NCBI RefSeq assembly: GCF_002105155.1 | Contig: NW_019028981.1 | Location: 1,426,001 to 1,490,000 of the forward strand | Direction of reading: 5' to 3' | DNA from: Lobosporangium transversale | Lineage: Eukaryota | DNA: 64,000 nt | Shown here: positions 27,574-41,415 of the stretch, piece after piece | How positions within the stretch are numbered: position 1 is the first letter of the stretch | Layout of the letters: the number at the start of each line of letters is the position of its first letter | Notes under the pieces: generated by a model | What the model was told of the DNA's origin: nothing | What the model saw: the letters and a program-made list of their open reading frames with translations, nothing else | The model's database searches: none | Position numbers and translations under genes: made by a program

Positions 27574-29040
27574 ATGCCTCGTCTCGAACAACTCGTTGAG
27601 CTACAAGGTGCAGCTTTGAGGACCTTGCCTTCTTTTTTTTTTTTTTTTTTTCTTTTTCTTTTACTCATTGCTCGTAAATCCATATTGACATGCCTACATC
27701 CTTGTTTATACATTCAAATGTGACATCACAGGTCATGAGGACCGTGTATGGTGCGCAGCATGGCATCCCACGAAAGCGATTCTTGCAACATGTTCTGGTG
27801 ACAAGACTGTGCGGATCTGGCAGGCAACCAATGCACTGGACCCAACAAAGTGGCAATGCACCAATGTCCTTGAAGGTGCACATCGCCGAACTATTCGTAG
27901 TGTAGCCTGGTCGCCTGACGGCAGACAACTCGCCACAGGGTCCTTCGATGCCACCACTGGGATCTGGGAACGAGAAGAGGACGAAAATGGAGGTAAAAAA
28001 TAAAATAAATCGGATTATCACTCTCTCTGCTCTATTGTTGGGATTGCAACAGGGTCATATCATTGTTCAAAAAAACTCACTAGTTCATTGACTTCTCCAT
28101 TTTCCTTATTGTTGCTCCATGGTATGTAGATTACGAATGCGTTGCTACACTGGAGGGACATGAAAACGAAACAAAATCAATAGCCTGGTCGAAGAGTGGA
28201 GCCTTGTTGGCAACATGCTCCCGTGATAAGAGTGTATGGATCTGGGAAGTTGAGGAAGATAATGACTTTGAGTGTCTCAGTGTGTTGCAGGAACATACAC
28301 AGGATGTGAAGATGGTTGCATGGCATCCTAATGAAGAGGTATAACCAGCCAGCTTTTTTTTTTTTTTTTTTCCCTTCTTCTCGAAAGACCTGCAATGTCA
28401 CAAAGGAATCAACTTTTCTGACTAAAATGCTTGGAAATCAACAACATAGCTTCTTGCGTCAGCCAGTTACGATGACACGATCAAGATATGGAAGGATGAT
28501 GATGACGATTGGTATTGCTCAGACACACTTCAGGGACATGAGTCGACTGTTTGGGCCATTGATTTTGCTCCGTCAGGTGATCACATCGTCTCTGCCTCTG
28601 CAGATCAAACACTTAAGATCTGGCAACGGTTCCAACCTGGAAATCCCATGGGCATTGTGACGCCTCGTCGAGGCGAGCCTGTCTGGAAGTGTGTAGCGTC
28701 TGTTAAGGGGGAGCATGAACGATGTATCTATTCAGTATCATGGTCGAGGGCGCATGGATTGATCGCGTCTGCGGGCGCAGATAATACGATTCGACTCTTT
28801 GAGGTTTCAGAAGTGGCGCCGGATGCTGGCATTGAGGGACAATTGACAGAGGAACAGCGCAAAGCCTTGAATGAGCCGGGTATCTTGTTGCAGGCGAGCA
28901 AAAAAGCAGAAGTGAAGAATGCGCACGGAACAAGTGACATTAATTCAGTAGCATGGTATCCCAATGAAGATCATGGCGATTGGCTTGCCTCTGGAGGCGA
29001 TGATGGGATTGTAAGGATTTGGAGATTAATTCGAGACTAA
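27574..29040 (+). CDS. CIA1: Cytosolic Fe-S assembly WD40 protein Cia1 (4 exons)
   Basis: [79 protein letters not shown]. Confidence 0.93.
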
Positions 29041-30144
29041 ATCTCATGAAAAAGTAGCAGCTAAACATATCGTAATAGAAGGTGCTACATCTTTGCATTG
29101 ACCTGAAAAAGATCTCAGGTACACTAAAATAAAATAAAATATTAAATTTAAAAAAATGATGATGGTATGGTCCTCTTTGTACTGTCCAATACGCGTGTTT
29201 CACATGGATCGTGGTTTTTTTGAATCTTTAGCATGTATATTCTCTCTTTATTCTTTAAGAGCCCTCATCTATAATGGCCAGCCTCCTCCCAACAAAGCGG
29301 TTTAAACTGCCCCGACTTTCAGAATATCGGACGGAACTATGATGTCGATGTCTTCTTCTTGGCTTCGTACATGCTGTGGCTCTAGCAGGATTTCACAACC
29401 ACCGGAGATATTGCAGTTTTTCTTTTATCATCTCAGCATCATGATATTCCTATGCCATGGAAGAGCATCGCGCTTGAAGCTGTGGTCTGAGAGTGCAGGG
29501 GCCTACCTGCACATGGTTGAGACAGGTGTCATCAACAAAGACAAGGTGAAATAGTTAAAGGGCTATCGATTTTGGTATCTCCGTCCCCATGAGGACGATG
29601 CTGCCTTTCCTCTCTTATTTTTCAAGTTTCATACACCTGAATTGCACACTGAACCAAAATAAAAGTGAATCCAGTATACTAGCATACTCTCATAATGCTG
29701 CAGCCAGGGCCTTGAAAGGAAATAGTGAGGTGCGATCACTCTCACCAAGCCTAACAGGCAAATGATGTACATCTTGACATTGAGGGTTCAGACAGTTGCT
29801 TTACCACGTGCTTTTTTTGCCTTCTTTCAATCTAAAAAATGCAGCATAAATTACAGATTCTTCCCACGACTGCTCTTTTGTTGGTTTCCATCTGCATGAA
29901 CTTACCTCTCTTTTCTCCCTTCCCCCACTTCCGTTTCGCCCACCGCGGCCTTACAGCTCTTCTCGCCACCCCCTCTAAGAGCCATCGACACTACACAGTC
30001 AAGTACATCCTATACAACGTTCACCATCCAGCTACATGGTCATTCCGTTACATATCGAAGTGGCAACATCTCTCTGAACCACACGTTATAGTCAACTCTA
30101 ATTCTACTTACTATTACAAGAGAAATATTACTATCAAAAGGAGC

Positions 30145-33100
30145 ATGGCCAAGCGAGACGACTTTGGTGCTGGCTCACAAGTCTCTACACCCGGATCGCC
30201 TTCCAATTCTGGTTCATTGAGCAGTAAGCAAGGTTCTGAGCCAATACCCTCTTCCAAAATTAGAACTGGATCAATGGATCATCTTAATACTCGCGGCGAA
30301 GCTAACGGTGCAAGTAGCTCACCTTCACAAGTGCACCCGTTTGTTTTGACGACTGGGATGGCATCATCTACTGCAAAGCATTTACCCCGAATGGCTCACT
30401 CTTCAGGAGGATTTAACAAGACTACAGTAAACCAAACTTTGGGCGATAGTCTTGGTGTGAAATGTAAATGTCGTAAAAATGAGTGCATTTTTTAATTTTT
30501 TTTATGCATTTGAATGTATAAATATCATGTTTCATGCATTCACGCATTGGCCAAATTTCGATGCAATCGTCCTGGTGTCATCAATTGTGCCAGGCTCTCC
30601 ATCATGGTCGCCTAGGGAAAGCTCATATGAGATGCCCTCTAACAGAAGGTTCCGCAACAAATTACCGCCTTTGGAAGAAATGGATCTTTTTATTTCGCAG
30701 TCTGCAAACAACTTGGCATCACTTCTGCCGGATATGACAGAGAATATTCGACAATTGATTTCCCGTTACCCAGAAGTCTATTTGGCAGTTTGGGAGAGGC
30801 TGAGACCTATCCTGGAAGAGGCAGAGTAAGTTAATCAGTTTTTTTGTTGTTGCTTTTTTTTTAAAAAAAGATGCAGATGGTATTCAACTTTTTTTTTTTT
30901 TCTTTTTCTGTGTAACAATGTGTAACAATATCATGCAGGACACGCGACAAACTGCATGGAAGAAATCTTGAATTACCTTCTCCACCTATCTGTGCAGTCA
31001 AGCCAGAGGCATATACCAATGTCCATGGTGAAATAATAGTCGACAATTATAACTGGCTGAAGGAGCGCGACAATCCAGATGGTAAAAGATAAAAAAAAAA
31101 AAAAAAAAAAAAAAGGACTTATTTACGTTTATTCCCCTATATACGACTCTAATTGACATCTTTGTTTTTGTAGTGCTCAAGTATATTGACGAGGAAAACC
31201 AATATGCAATTGCGGCCCTTAGCCATACAGAGCCTCTTCAAAAGCTCCTGTATAATGAGTTTGTCTCCCGACTAGATGCGAATAAAGAATCTGCTAGGGT
31301 AGTGCTTCCGGACAGATGGAGTTATTACTCCAAATCTCAAGTAGGCCTTGAGTACAGACTCCATTGCCGCTCCATCCTCAGTCCGACTCTTGGTTATGAA
31401 GAGGAACAAGTGTATCTGGACGAGAATGAGATTGCACAAAGCCCCGAGTTTAAGGATTCAACCTATTTCCGTGTGGGTTTCCTTCGCCATTCACCTGATT
31501 GTCGCATCTTAGCCTACGGAGTTGACTCGACGGGTCAGGAACAATTCACAACGTTCTTCAAGGATGTTGAGACTGGAGAGCTCTTGAATGACAGGCTTAC
31601 AAATATATATGAAAACCTCGAATTTTCATCCTGTGGCCGATTTGTCTATTATTTGACTTTGGTTCCGGAGACAGAGCGCGCGTATCGCCTCTATCGGCAC
31701 ATACTGGGCACCTCAGTTAATCAGGATCAATTGCTCTATGAGGAAAAAGACGAGATGTTTTGTCTTACCATGACCAAGTCCGGTGACGGCAAGTTTATTA
31801 TGATCAATTCTGCAGCTCAGGTGACGAGCGAAACATTGTTTCTTCATGCAGATGCTACAGAAGATGTGCGACAACTTCGTGTGATAATGCCACGTAAGGA
31901 AGGTATCACATATTCTGCAGAGTCTCATAGTGGCAAGTACTTCTTTGTCCTCACAAATGAAAACTCTAAAAACAATTGGTTGTTCAGGACCCCAGCGCCT
32001 AAGTGCGATTCACCTGCGGAGATGGATTTGATGTCGTTACGGGAAACGGTGATTCCGCATCGAGATTTCGTATTGATTGAAGATTTTCAGGTCCGGAGAA
32101 GGCATCTCGTAGTGTTTGAACGATCCAACTGTCACCAAAATGTGCGTGTGATTGAACTGGCTACCCCAAAAGGAGTTGATGGTTGTGAAAGCAGGCCAGA
32201 GGCGCCACCTTGTTCCATTGGCCTAGAACCAGGGCCGTTCGACAAATATCACTATATATCTTTTTCAGAAATCGTGTATTCTCTTTTACCAGAGTCTATC
32301 AATGAGGAGGTGTCTAATCTTAGCAAGATGACTTTGTTTGATACAAACGTACTTCGGTTCACGTACTCCAGTCTAGTCCAACCGCGGCAAGTGATTGATT
32401 ACAACATGGATACTCAAGAATCAGTTATGGTGCATACAGAGCAAATCGCAGGGTCTCCTGTTTATGATCCTAACCGCTATGAACAGCTTCGCTTGCATTC
32501 CACAGGCATTGATGGTACGGCTGTACCCATGTCGATCGTGTTTAGGCGAGACTTGATAGACCTAGGTGGTAAAGGCTGGGATGCGAATCCGTGCCTACTA
32601 TACACTTATGGTGCCTATGGTAGTTGCACTGATCCTGTATTCTCCACGCAGAGATTAAGTCTGTTGGATCGTGGATTTATATATGCAATTGCTCATGTTA
32701 GAGGAGGAAGTGATATGGGCATGGGTTGGTACGAAGAAGGTAAATTGGCTAAGAAACCAAACACATTTTTGGACGTTATCAGTTGTGCGGAGTACTTGAT
32801 CAAGGTAAAAATAAAGAATACATATAAAAAAAAAGTGCTAATGAGTAAAAAATGATTGCTCAACAGCTGACATTACCACTTCTTAATTTACAGGAAGGGT
32901 ATACCTCCCCTGAAAAGCTGGCCCTGTACGGACGTTCTGCTGGCGGGCTGATGGTTGGTGCTGTAGTCAACATGCGGCCGGACCTTTTCAAGACTGTACT
33001 CACAGAAGTACCTTTTGTGGATGCTTTAAATACTATGCTGGACTCTTCAATTCCATGGACAGCATTTGAATGGGAGGAGTGGGGAAACCCAGAAGACCCA

Positions 33101-34060
33101 GAGATCTACAGGATTATGAAGCATTATTGCCCATATACCAATGTTCATCCACAGAAATACCCCAATATGCTGATCCTCGGTGGCATGAATGACCCTCGTG
33201 TTGCATACTTTGAGCCGCTCAAATGGGCAGCCAAGCTGAGATCTTGCTGGCCATCAAAGAGTACATCCTTACCTGCAAGGCAACTAGGTGAGGACGGGGA
33301 GAGGGCTCCAGGGCTAGACCCAGAACAAAGCGATGATCGCATGCTGTTATTGAGAATTGGAGAAGTTGGACATGCTGGATCTTCAGGACAGTATTCATAC
33401 CTGGAGGATTTGGCATTTGAATATGCGTTCTTGATTTCGACGCTTCAAGCGCCCGTGTTCAGAATTGGCAAAGATGATTCCAATGGTGCTGATAGGAGAA
33501 CTAGGGTAATGACGCCATCAGCGGTCCGTAAGAAGAAAGGCGTTATTACAAACGAGCTTATGGTCGAGTTGGAGAATACTCACCCAAATGGTACTGAGGT
33601 TGGTATTGAGTGTGATGGACGACAGCCATTCCTCACGATGTCAGGCTCGCATTCAAGGCTTGCATCCACGGCTACTAGAGACACAGGGTCAGGGGTGGGC
33701 AATGGTATAGATGCTGATGGTTCAGCTTTAGGTGGTGCGGCCTCAGGAGGCAGTAATGAATTGTATCATCGACAACCCAGCCTTGGATTGCCATTATCCC
33801 TGAGAACTGTGCCAGAGCCCAGGAGAGAGCAGCAACAACCTCACCGGTCACTCTCATCAGAACCGCCACAGAAAAACAGGTCGCGATTCGATGAACTCAA
33901 AACAGGCGAAGGCTCAGCTGTGAACCAGAATCGAAGACGCTCAACAACACTTTTGGAATTTTCAGAGAAAGCAACGAAGCAGAATGGTAAACCTGGGCCC
34001 GCATCACAAGGGCCGAGAGCACAAAGTCGGCTGGCTGAATGGATCGCCAACTTCTTCTAA
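30145..34060 (+). CDS. Oligopeptidase B / protease II (S9A) with N- and C-terminal extensions
   Basis: VHGEIIVDNYNWL, beta-propeller region, YGAYG, AHVRGG, catalytic GRSAGG, EWEEWGNP, NDPRV, GH. First intron boundaries uncertain. Confidence 0.9.
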
Positions 34061-34604
34061 ATAATAAAAATCGAAATGGATGAATCAATTGTATGGAAAT
34101 AAAGATAGAGAATCATAAATGAAATGAGTAATCAAAATGTTATATCTCGCCTTATACTATTATTTTTTGTATGGGAAGAAACCGCATTACTTTCCCACAG
34201 TCGGATGCAAATGCGTCATTGTTGGAGTGCTATGTAATCTGCAGGCATGTGCGTGGTAAATTACTTGTTTCTAAACTATGCTGCGCCTGCATATTGAGGT
34301 CCGTGCATTGTTCACTGCGTGGGATGTGGTGGTTGGTAATAACGTGATGAGTAACATTGCAAGGAAATAGAGTTTTATAGGTGATCTGTCAAAGCCACTT
34401 CGCTCTCATTTGCAAGGAAGCTTACTGAATGATCTTCGATAAAAGGAACGGTTCCTTTGTCGAAGAGAAGAGACCTTACCCCACCTTCAATCCTCACAGC
34501 CCCCTATTATTATTATTATTATTATTTTTCCCTTTTTATCCTCCTTTTCTCTCTCTTCTATTCATTCATTTATTCCTCCTGTCTTATCCAACCCAACATC
34601 CACC

Positions 34605-37600
34605 ATGGCTGAACCACCAAAGGTACTTTTTGCTTCTTCGAGAGCACTAGTTCTGCTGTAGAACACTGTAGATCATTACATCAAGTTTTTTGCCACTAAT
34701 CCAATCCATCCATTTAATCTCATTTAAAAATGGAATGAATCACCATAGACGGCGAAGCGCGATTTCTTGATCGAAATTGAGAAGCAATCTCAAAAACGTT
34801 GGGAGGATCACAAAGCCTTTGAGGTCAACGCACCGACGATTGAAGAATATGCTGATACTGCCACGATCCATGAACACCACCCCAAATTTCTCTCTACGAC
34901 TGCTTATCCTTACATGAATGGACGTCTCCACTTGGGACATGGGTTCACTATCTCTAAAATTGAGTTCGGCACCGGATACCAGCGTTTGAAAGGAAAGAGA
35001 GCCTTGTTTCCCTTGGGATGGCACTGTACTGGCATGCCCATTAGGGTACATTAAGTCTTTTTTTTTTGTATTAGTGTCTTTTCTCGGTTGCTTTTGGAAT
35101 GATACCCATAGTTACAATTGGCTTACATGTGTTATCCATCCACTAACATATATTAGGCCTGCGCCGACAAATTGGCTCGTGAGATGGAGATGTTCGGCAA
35201 GGACTTCATCATCCCAAAGGGTATGAGATCTTTTTTTGTAATGCAAGAGATATGAGTTGCAAGTCAATTCTGGTTTATGACATATGAGCTAACGCTCCTT
35301 CCTTGTTTCTGTTTTCCTATATTCATTAGAAGCTGAAGAAGCTACTCCAGAGATCGAAAAGCTCAACTTGAAAGAGAATGAGCGAGTCGACCCTACCAAG
35401 ATCGTAGCTAAGAAGGGCAAGGTCGCTGCCAAGGACACTGGCCTCAAGTATCAATTCCAAATCATGGAGCAGATTGGTGTACCTCGTGAAGAAATCCACA
35501 AGTTTGCTGATCCTCTTTACTGGTTGAGCTACTTCCCTCCAATTGCCACCGTAAGTCCAGGGTACTGTTTTAAGATACTGTTGTTGATCAGGAAATCAAC
35601 ATGTTGATTTATGACTCTTTCTTTTGTTGGAATGCTCTTGTTTGTATGAATGGATTTCAGGATGATGCCAAGAAGGTTGGTTTCAAGATTGACTTCCGCC
35701 GATCATTCATTACCACGGATGCCAATCCTTTCTATGATGCTTTCATCCGCTGGCAGTTCAACAAGTTGAAAGCCTTGGATAAGGTCAAGTTTGGTGAACG
35801 TTACACTATCTACTCACCCAAGGATGGCCAGCCTTGCATGGATCACGATCGTCAGAGTGGAGAGGCTGTTGGACCTCAGGATTATACTTGCATCAAGCTC
35901 AAAGTTTTGGAGTTCTCATCAGAGGCTAAGGCTGCTTTGGCTGGAAATATGGAGATTGAGGGTAAGAAAATCTTCATGGTTGCCGCTACCCTCCGTCCTG
36001 AGACCATGTATGGACAGACCAATTGCTTTGTTGGTGTTGACCTCAAGTATGGTATTTTCAAGACCAACAAGCCTGATGAATTGTTTTTGATGACCGAGCG
36101 TGCTGCTCGTAATATGGCCTTCCAGAAATTGTCTCCTTCGACTGGCGAGGTTGCCAAGGTTGCTGATTTGGTTGGCCACCAGTTGCTTGGCACCCAGGTT
36201 AAGGCTCCCCTCAGTTCGTATCCCTCCGTTTATGTCTTGCCTATGGACGGCGTTCTTGCCACGAAGGGCACTGGTGTTGTCACTTCAGTCCCCTCTGATT
36301 CGCCCGATGATTATGCTGCCGTTATGGACTTGAAGAAAAAACCTGACTACTTCAAGATTCAGCCAGAATGGATCGTACCCTATGAACCCATCCCGATCAT
36401 TAGCACTCCCACCTACGGTAACCTTGCAGCGCCCACTATCTGCGCCCAGATGAAGATCAATTCTCAGAAGGACAAGACTCAGCTTGCCCTTGCAAAGGAT
36501 GCCGTCTACAAGGACGGGTTTTACAACGGTGTCCTGCTCATTGGAGAATATGCTAATAAGCCTGTTCAAGAGGCCAAGCCCTTGATTCGTCAGATGTTGA
36601 TTGACACTCAGGATGCAGTCCCTTACAATGAGCCTGAGAGCTTGGTCATATCTCGCAGTGGCGAGGAGTGTGTTGTCGCCTTGATGGATCAGTGGTATTT
36701 GGACTATGGCGAGACTGAATGGCGTAAATTGGCTGAGGAGTGCTTGGAGAATATGAATGTGTACACGGACGAGACCAAGCACGCTTTCCAGAAGAATTTG
36801 GATTGGTTGAACCAGTGGGCCTGCGCACGCTCGTATGGTTTGGGAACCCGTCTGCCTTGGGACCACAACTTCTTGATTGAGTCTCTTTCGGATTCGACCA
36901 TCTACATGGCCTACTACACCATTGCTGCTTTACTTCAGGGTGGATCCATTGATGGTTCAGTCCCTGGGCCACTGGGCATCAAAGCTGAGCAATTGACCGA
37001 CCAAGTCTTTGAGTATATCATGGCTGATGGACCCCTCCCAACTGATAGTGATATCCCCAAGGCCTCACTGGATAAACTTCGTCGTGAGTTTGAGTACTTC
37101 TATCCCTTAGATATCCGCACCTCCGGTAAGGAGTTGATCCCCAACCACTTAACCTTCGCCCTCTATAATCACGTCGCTCTCTTCCCCAAGAAGTACTGGC
37201 CACGCAGCATCCGCGTCAACGGGCATTTGATGTTGAACGGCGACAAGATGTCCAAGTCAACTGGAAACTTCATGGGTCTTGCCGAGGCTGTGGAAAAGTA
37301 TGGTGCTGATGCCGCTCGTTTGGCTCTTGCTGACGCCGGAGACAGTGGTGAGGATGCCAACTTTGAGGATGGTACTGCCAACGCGGCTATCTTGAAGTTG
37401 CATACACTTTTGGAGTGGATCCAGGATACGTTGAATACTAAAGACCAGTTGAGGACGGGTGAGCATAACTTCTATGACCGTGTCTTTGAGTCACAGATGA
37501 ACAAACTGATCAACCAGGCTGAGGCTGCTTACGAAGCCACATATTACCGTGAGGCTGTCATGTTTGCATTCTACGAGTTGACCGCTGCTCGTGACTTTTA

Positions 37601-38351
37601 CAGAGAAGCTTGCGCATTGATGGAAACTCCCATGAACAAAGAGCTGATCATGCGCTACATTGAGGTCCAGACCCTTGTGATTTCGCCTATTGTTACTCAC
37701 TGGTCTGAACACGTCTGGGGCAAGTTACTGGGCAAGGAAGGCTTGGTTGTCAACGCTCGTTGGCCCAAGAGCGGCCCTGTTGATGAGGATGTACTACAGG
37801 AGGTTGATTATCTGCGTCGTCAGATCACCAATGTTCGCTCCACCGAGACCCAAGCCAACAAGAAGAAGAAGAAGGGTAAGGCTGATGTCTTTGATCCAGC
37901 TAAGCCCAAGAAGATCACCATCTTGATCGCGTCCAAGTTTCCAGAGTGGCAAGAGACTGCAATTGAAGTCTTGAAGAGTGCATACAACCCTGCGTCTAGC
38001 AGCGAAAATGCTGGCAAGGTATTTGATGATGATAAGATTAAGAAGGATCTGACAAGCAAGGGCTTGTTGAAGGACAAGAAGGTGATGCCATTCGTCCATG
38101 ATTTGAAGAAGAAGGTAGAGCAGCAGGGCTCTTCGGCTTTCACACAGACCTTGACCTTCGATGAACCCAAAATCTTGGCCGATCAGTCCGAGTATTTGAG
38201 GAGAATCTTGAGTTACAATACCTTGACGCTAGTCAAGACAGACGAAGTGGCCAAGACCACGGAGGGCGATGCTGATCAGGAAGATATCATTCGTGCTGCT
38301 GAACAGTCTGTTCCAGGACAGCCCACATTTGTTGTCAAAAACATTGCTTAG
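34605..38351 (+). CDS. CDC60: Cytosolic leucyl-tRNA synthetase
   Basis: [12 protein letters not shown] (HIGH motif), [32 protein letters not shown] (editing domain), KMSKS. Confidence 0.97.
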
Positions 38352-38982
38352 AGGTCGTTAAAAAAAAAAGATGTTCCTTTTTGTTGGTTCTAGATAATTT
38401 TTTCATAGTCTACACATTATTTTTATTCATCATAAACGAAAAAGTATAGTTTATCAGTTCAACCTAGCATGATAAATCAACTAAAAGGACTTCTTCGGGA
38501 GCATGGTGGGGTTATACCTCTACCGCTAATCAAGTAGGTATTTGACAATAGTCGTGATTAGTCCATGACATTATCATCATAAGTATCTTAGATAATTCAG
38601 GAGAAACAAACAGATAGAGGATAAATGTATACATTGAAAGGAAAAGAAAGATAGTTCATTGCTTTCTAAGTTGCAGTAAAAAACATCAATGACAGCTTGC
38701 CTAATGAGACAACTGAGATAGTGTTTCCAAAGCATCGCAACCAAGAGCGCTAGTGTTGTTTTTTAAGTGCCAAGCCAGCAAAGCCAGCAAAGACAAGAGC
38801 TGAATGCAAATTTCATCACTTTTCCCTCCTCAAATCCTTTCTCATTGCTTCAGCTATGTGCTTTCAACGTATTTCCATGCGTGTTGAACTCTCATTTTTC
38901 TTTTTCTTTTTTATATTTATTTTCTTTTTATTTTTTTGTTGCTGTTGTTCGAGGCTCGTGCGTCCCAAAGATTCAAATGATC

Positions 38983-40209
38983 TCAATCCCTGCCTTCCTC
39001 CAACCGCCTCTTACGATCACTATGCATTACTGGCCCTGCTCCTGATATGCCTGGCGCTGATGCTGGCGCTGCTGATCCGGGGGCGGAGGAATTGCCGCTG
39101 GCATGCGTAGGATCGGGTATACTTGCAAAAGGTGGTCTAAACTGTCCGGGAGGAGGTAATGCTCCATTCGTGCCAGGCGGCGCTGCTGATCCTGGTGGAG
39201 GGAACTGCCCTGGCGGAAATTGTCCCGGTGGGGGGAACTGACCAGGAGGGAATTGTCCCGGTGGTCCTGGTGGAGGAGGGAAGGGAGCACCTGGAGGAGG
39301 GAAAGGGACGCCACCGGCAGGGAAACCAGGTGGTGGTGGAGGTCCTGGCGGAAATTGTCCTGGAGGTGCGCCCGGTGGTGGTCTCATGAACATGGAAGGA
39401 TGTGGCGGCATAGGTGGACGAGGGGGAAGACCATTAGGACCATGTTCTCCAGGGCGCATATGGGCCATTCCATGAGGTAATGCTGGATAGCTGGGTGGTC
39501 TGTTGTATGGATAACCGCCTAAACATTTACAAAAAATAGATTTAAGCATTAATAAGTCAAAACACATATCAAAGCTTAGCATAAGAAGAAAAAGCGTTAT
39601 AACTCGTACCTGGGCCACCAAACTGAGGGAAACCGGAGTACTGAGGAGGCACACCTATCATTATGTGAGCGAAGAAAATGTCAGCGTATGTTGCAACATA
39701 GCATGTAATGCCTATCTGGTATTTAGTTAAATAACACCACTATATATATTCCATAAAAATATTCTTCTGAATTAACACGCACCCATCCCTGCTTCAGCAT
39801 ACGCTTTAGTAATCGTGTCAATGACGGATTGCGTCGTCTCATTACTTAACTCTATCCTCAAACAAATAAATCCAAATGTTAGCAATGTCTTTGTATGAAC
39901 GTAACATTTTCAAGAATAAATAAATGATGCATCCTACCTGAATAGTATGTCTTGACGTTAACCAGGTGATTGCGACCAGCATTGTGCGCTTTTCTTACAG
40001 ACGAGCTGTCGTGAGTAAGAAAAATATCGCAATAATCTAAATAAAAAAAAAAAAAAAAAATCGAAAGTAAGCAGAATAAAACGATCGAGCATTCCAGTTA
40101 GGCGAATATATAAAAGAGTTCCGCCATTGATCCTGAAAATGAAAATAATCAAAAATAATAGAGTATCTACCAAAGTCTACTATCCCATACCACAGTAATA
40201 TTTTGGCAT
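38983..40209 (-). CDS. SNRPC: U1 snRNP protein C
   Basis: Spliced [38 protein letters not shown] zinc finger followed by a Pro/Gly-rich tail. Confidence 0.93.
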
Positions 40210-40507
40210 AGTAAAGCCCCTTCTTATTATTTATTGCTTTTGTCGTTCCAATTGACACACTGTGATTATATAAGCTAGGTAGAGATCAAATTGAAATCCT
40301 GACAAGTTGGTTCCAAGTTATGTAAAACTTGAAGGTAAATTGGTCCCGATCAGCAAAACGAAGTAAGGTAAGAGATTCAGAAACGATGATGCCGCCCATC
40401 ACAGATCAACCTCCATTATTTAAAGCTAAGCCACTTCTTCAAGTATCACGTTATCCTTTGGGTTAAGATATATATAAGTCTAATTAATCAAGTGAAATAG
40501 CAAGACA

Positions 40508-40579
40508 AGCAAAGTCGCCCAGAGGAAGAGCGCTGGGCTCATAACCCAGAGGTCGGTGGATCGAAACCACCCTTTGCTA
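40508..40579 (+). tRNA. Initiator tRNA-Met (CAT)
   Basis: AGCAAAG/CTTTGCT acceptor stem with A1-U72, CTGGG-CTCATAA-CCCAG anticodon arm, GATCGAAA T-loop, and a downstream TTTT terminator. Confidence 0.92.
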
Positions 40580-40623
40580 CAACTTTTGCATGCCATGATT
40601 CATTTTTGGCACAAAAGAAAGAT

Positions 40624-41210
40624 GGATTAATCTATTTGGCAGCCCATACCAAATATAGTAATTTTTGCCTCTATTTGGCAGCCTACTTCTGGGGGCTGCC
40701 ACTTAACTTCGCACTCTTGGGTGGCAGCTGGGCTGCCAAATACATTACTTTTTTTTTTTTTTTTTTTTTGATAAACAGGGTCATAACATCAGTGGTAAAA
40801 CAAGCAGCGTTCTGTGGATACATTGCCTTGCACAGCTAATGCCGCCGGAGGTACTAAGGGCAGCGGCGATGACATCTTCACAAAACAGCCTTCAATGTAC
40901 ACGGTTAGGGAATGGTTTATTGAAGACGTCTAGGTAGTAGGTGAGACGCGTTTGCTCCGAGCGAAAACCTCTCATAGGCATTGATCTCCAAATGGCACCT
41001 CCAAAACTGTATGAGCGACCTACTTGAAAAAAAAAAAAAAAAAAAAAAAAAATAAATAGTTAGAGGCCAAATAGCCCTGGGTAGGCTGCCAAGTAAATAA
41101 TGAATGTTATTTGGCAACTGGGCTGCCAAAGAGAGTCTTGAAAGTTGATTATATTTGGCAATGGGCTGCCAAATAATATTTAGCAACTAGGCTGCCAAAT
41201 AGATTAATCC
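40624..41210. mobile_element. Non-autonomous Mutator-like DNA transposon (MITE), 587 bp
   Basis: Perfect 21-bp TIRs GGATTAATCTATTTGGCAGCC (40624-40644 / 41190-41210). Perfect 9-bp TSD AAGAAAGAT (40615-40623 / 41211-41219). Repeated internal TTTGGCAGCC/GGCTGCCAAA motifs. Confidence 0.92.
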
Positions 41211-41415
41211 AAGAAAGATCGATTTTTAGAAGGGATATTCATAGGGATATCAAAGCAGTCAGGCCTCCTTCTGTCTTGTCTGACCATATTACCCTTGAAC
41301 AAAGGAATAGATAGGTATTTTATTTATAGATTGATTCATTGATTCATGAATATATATTATATTCCTTAATGGTAAAAATTTGCAGGTTCTTTCTTTGCTC
41401 GATTTTATTTTTTTT

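Noticed and set aside
35791..38170. Antisense and alternate-frame ORFs over LeuRS (likewise over GND1, NDUFV1, RasGEF and the SR gene)
   Set aside because: These are shadows of codon bias or low-complexity coding sequence.
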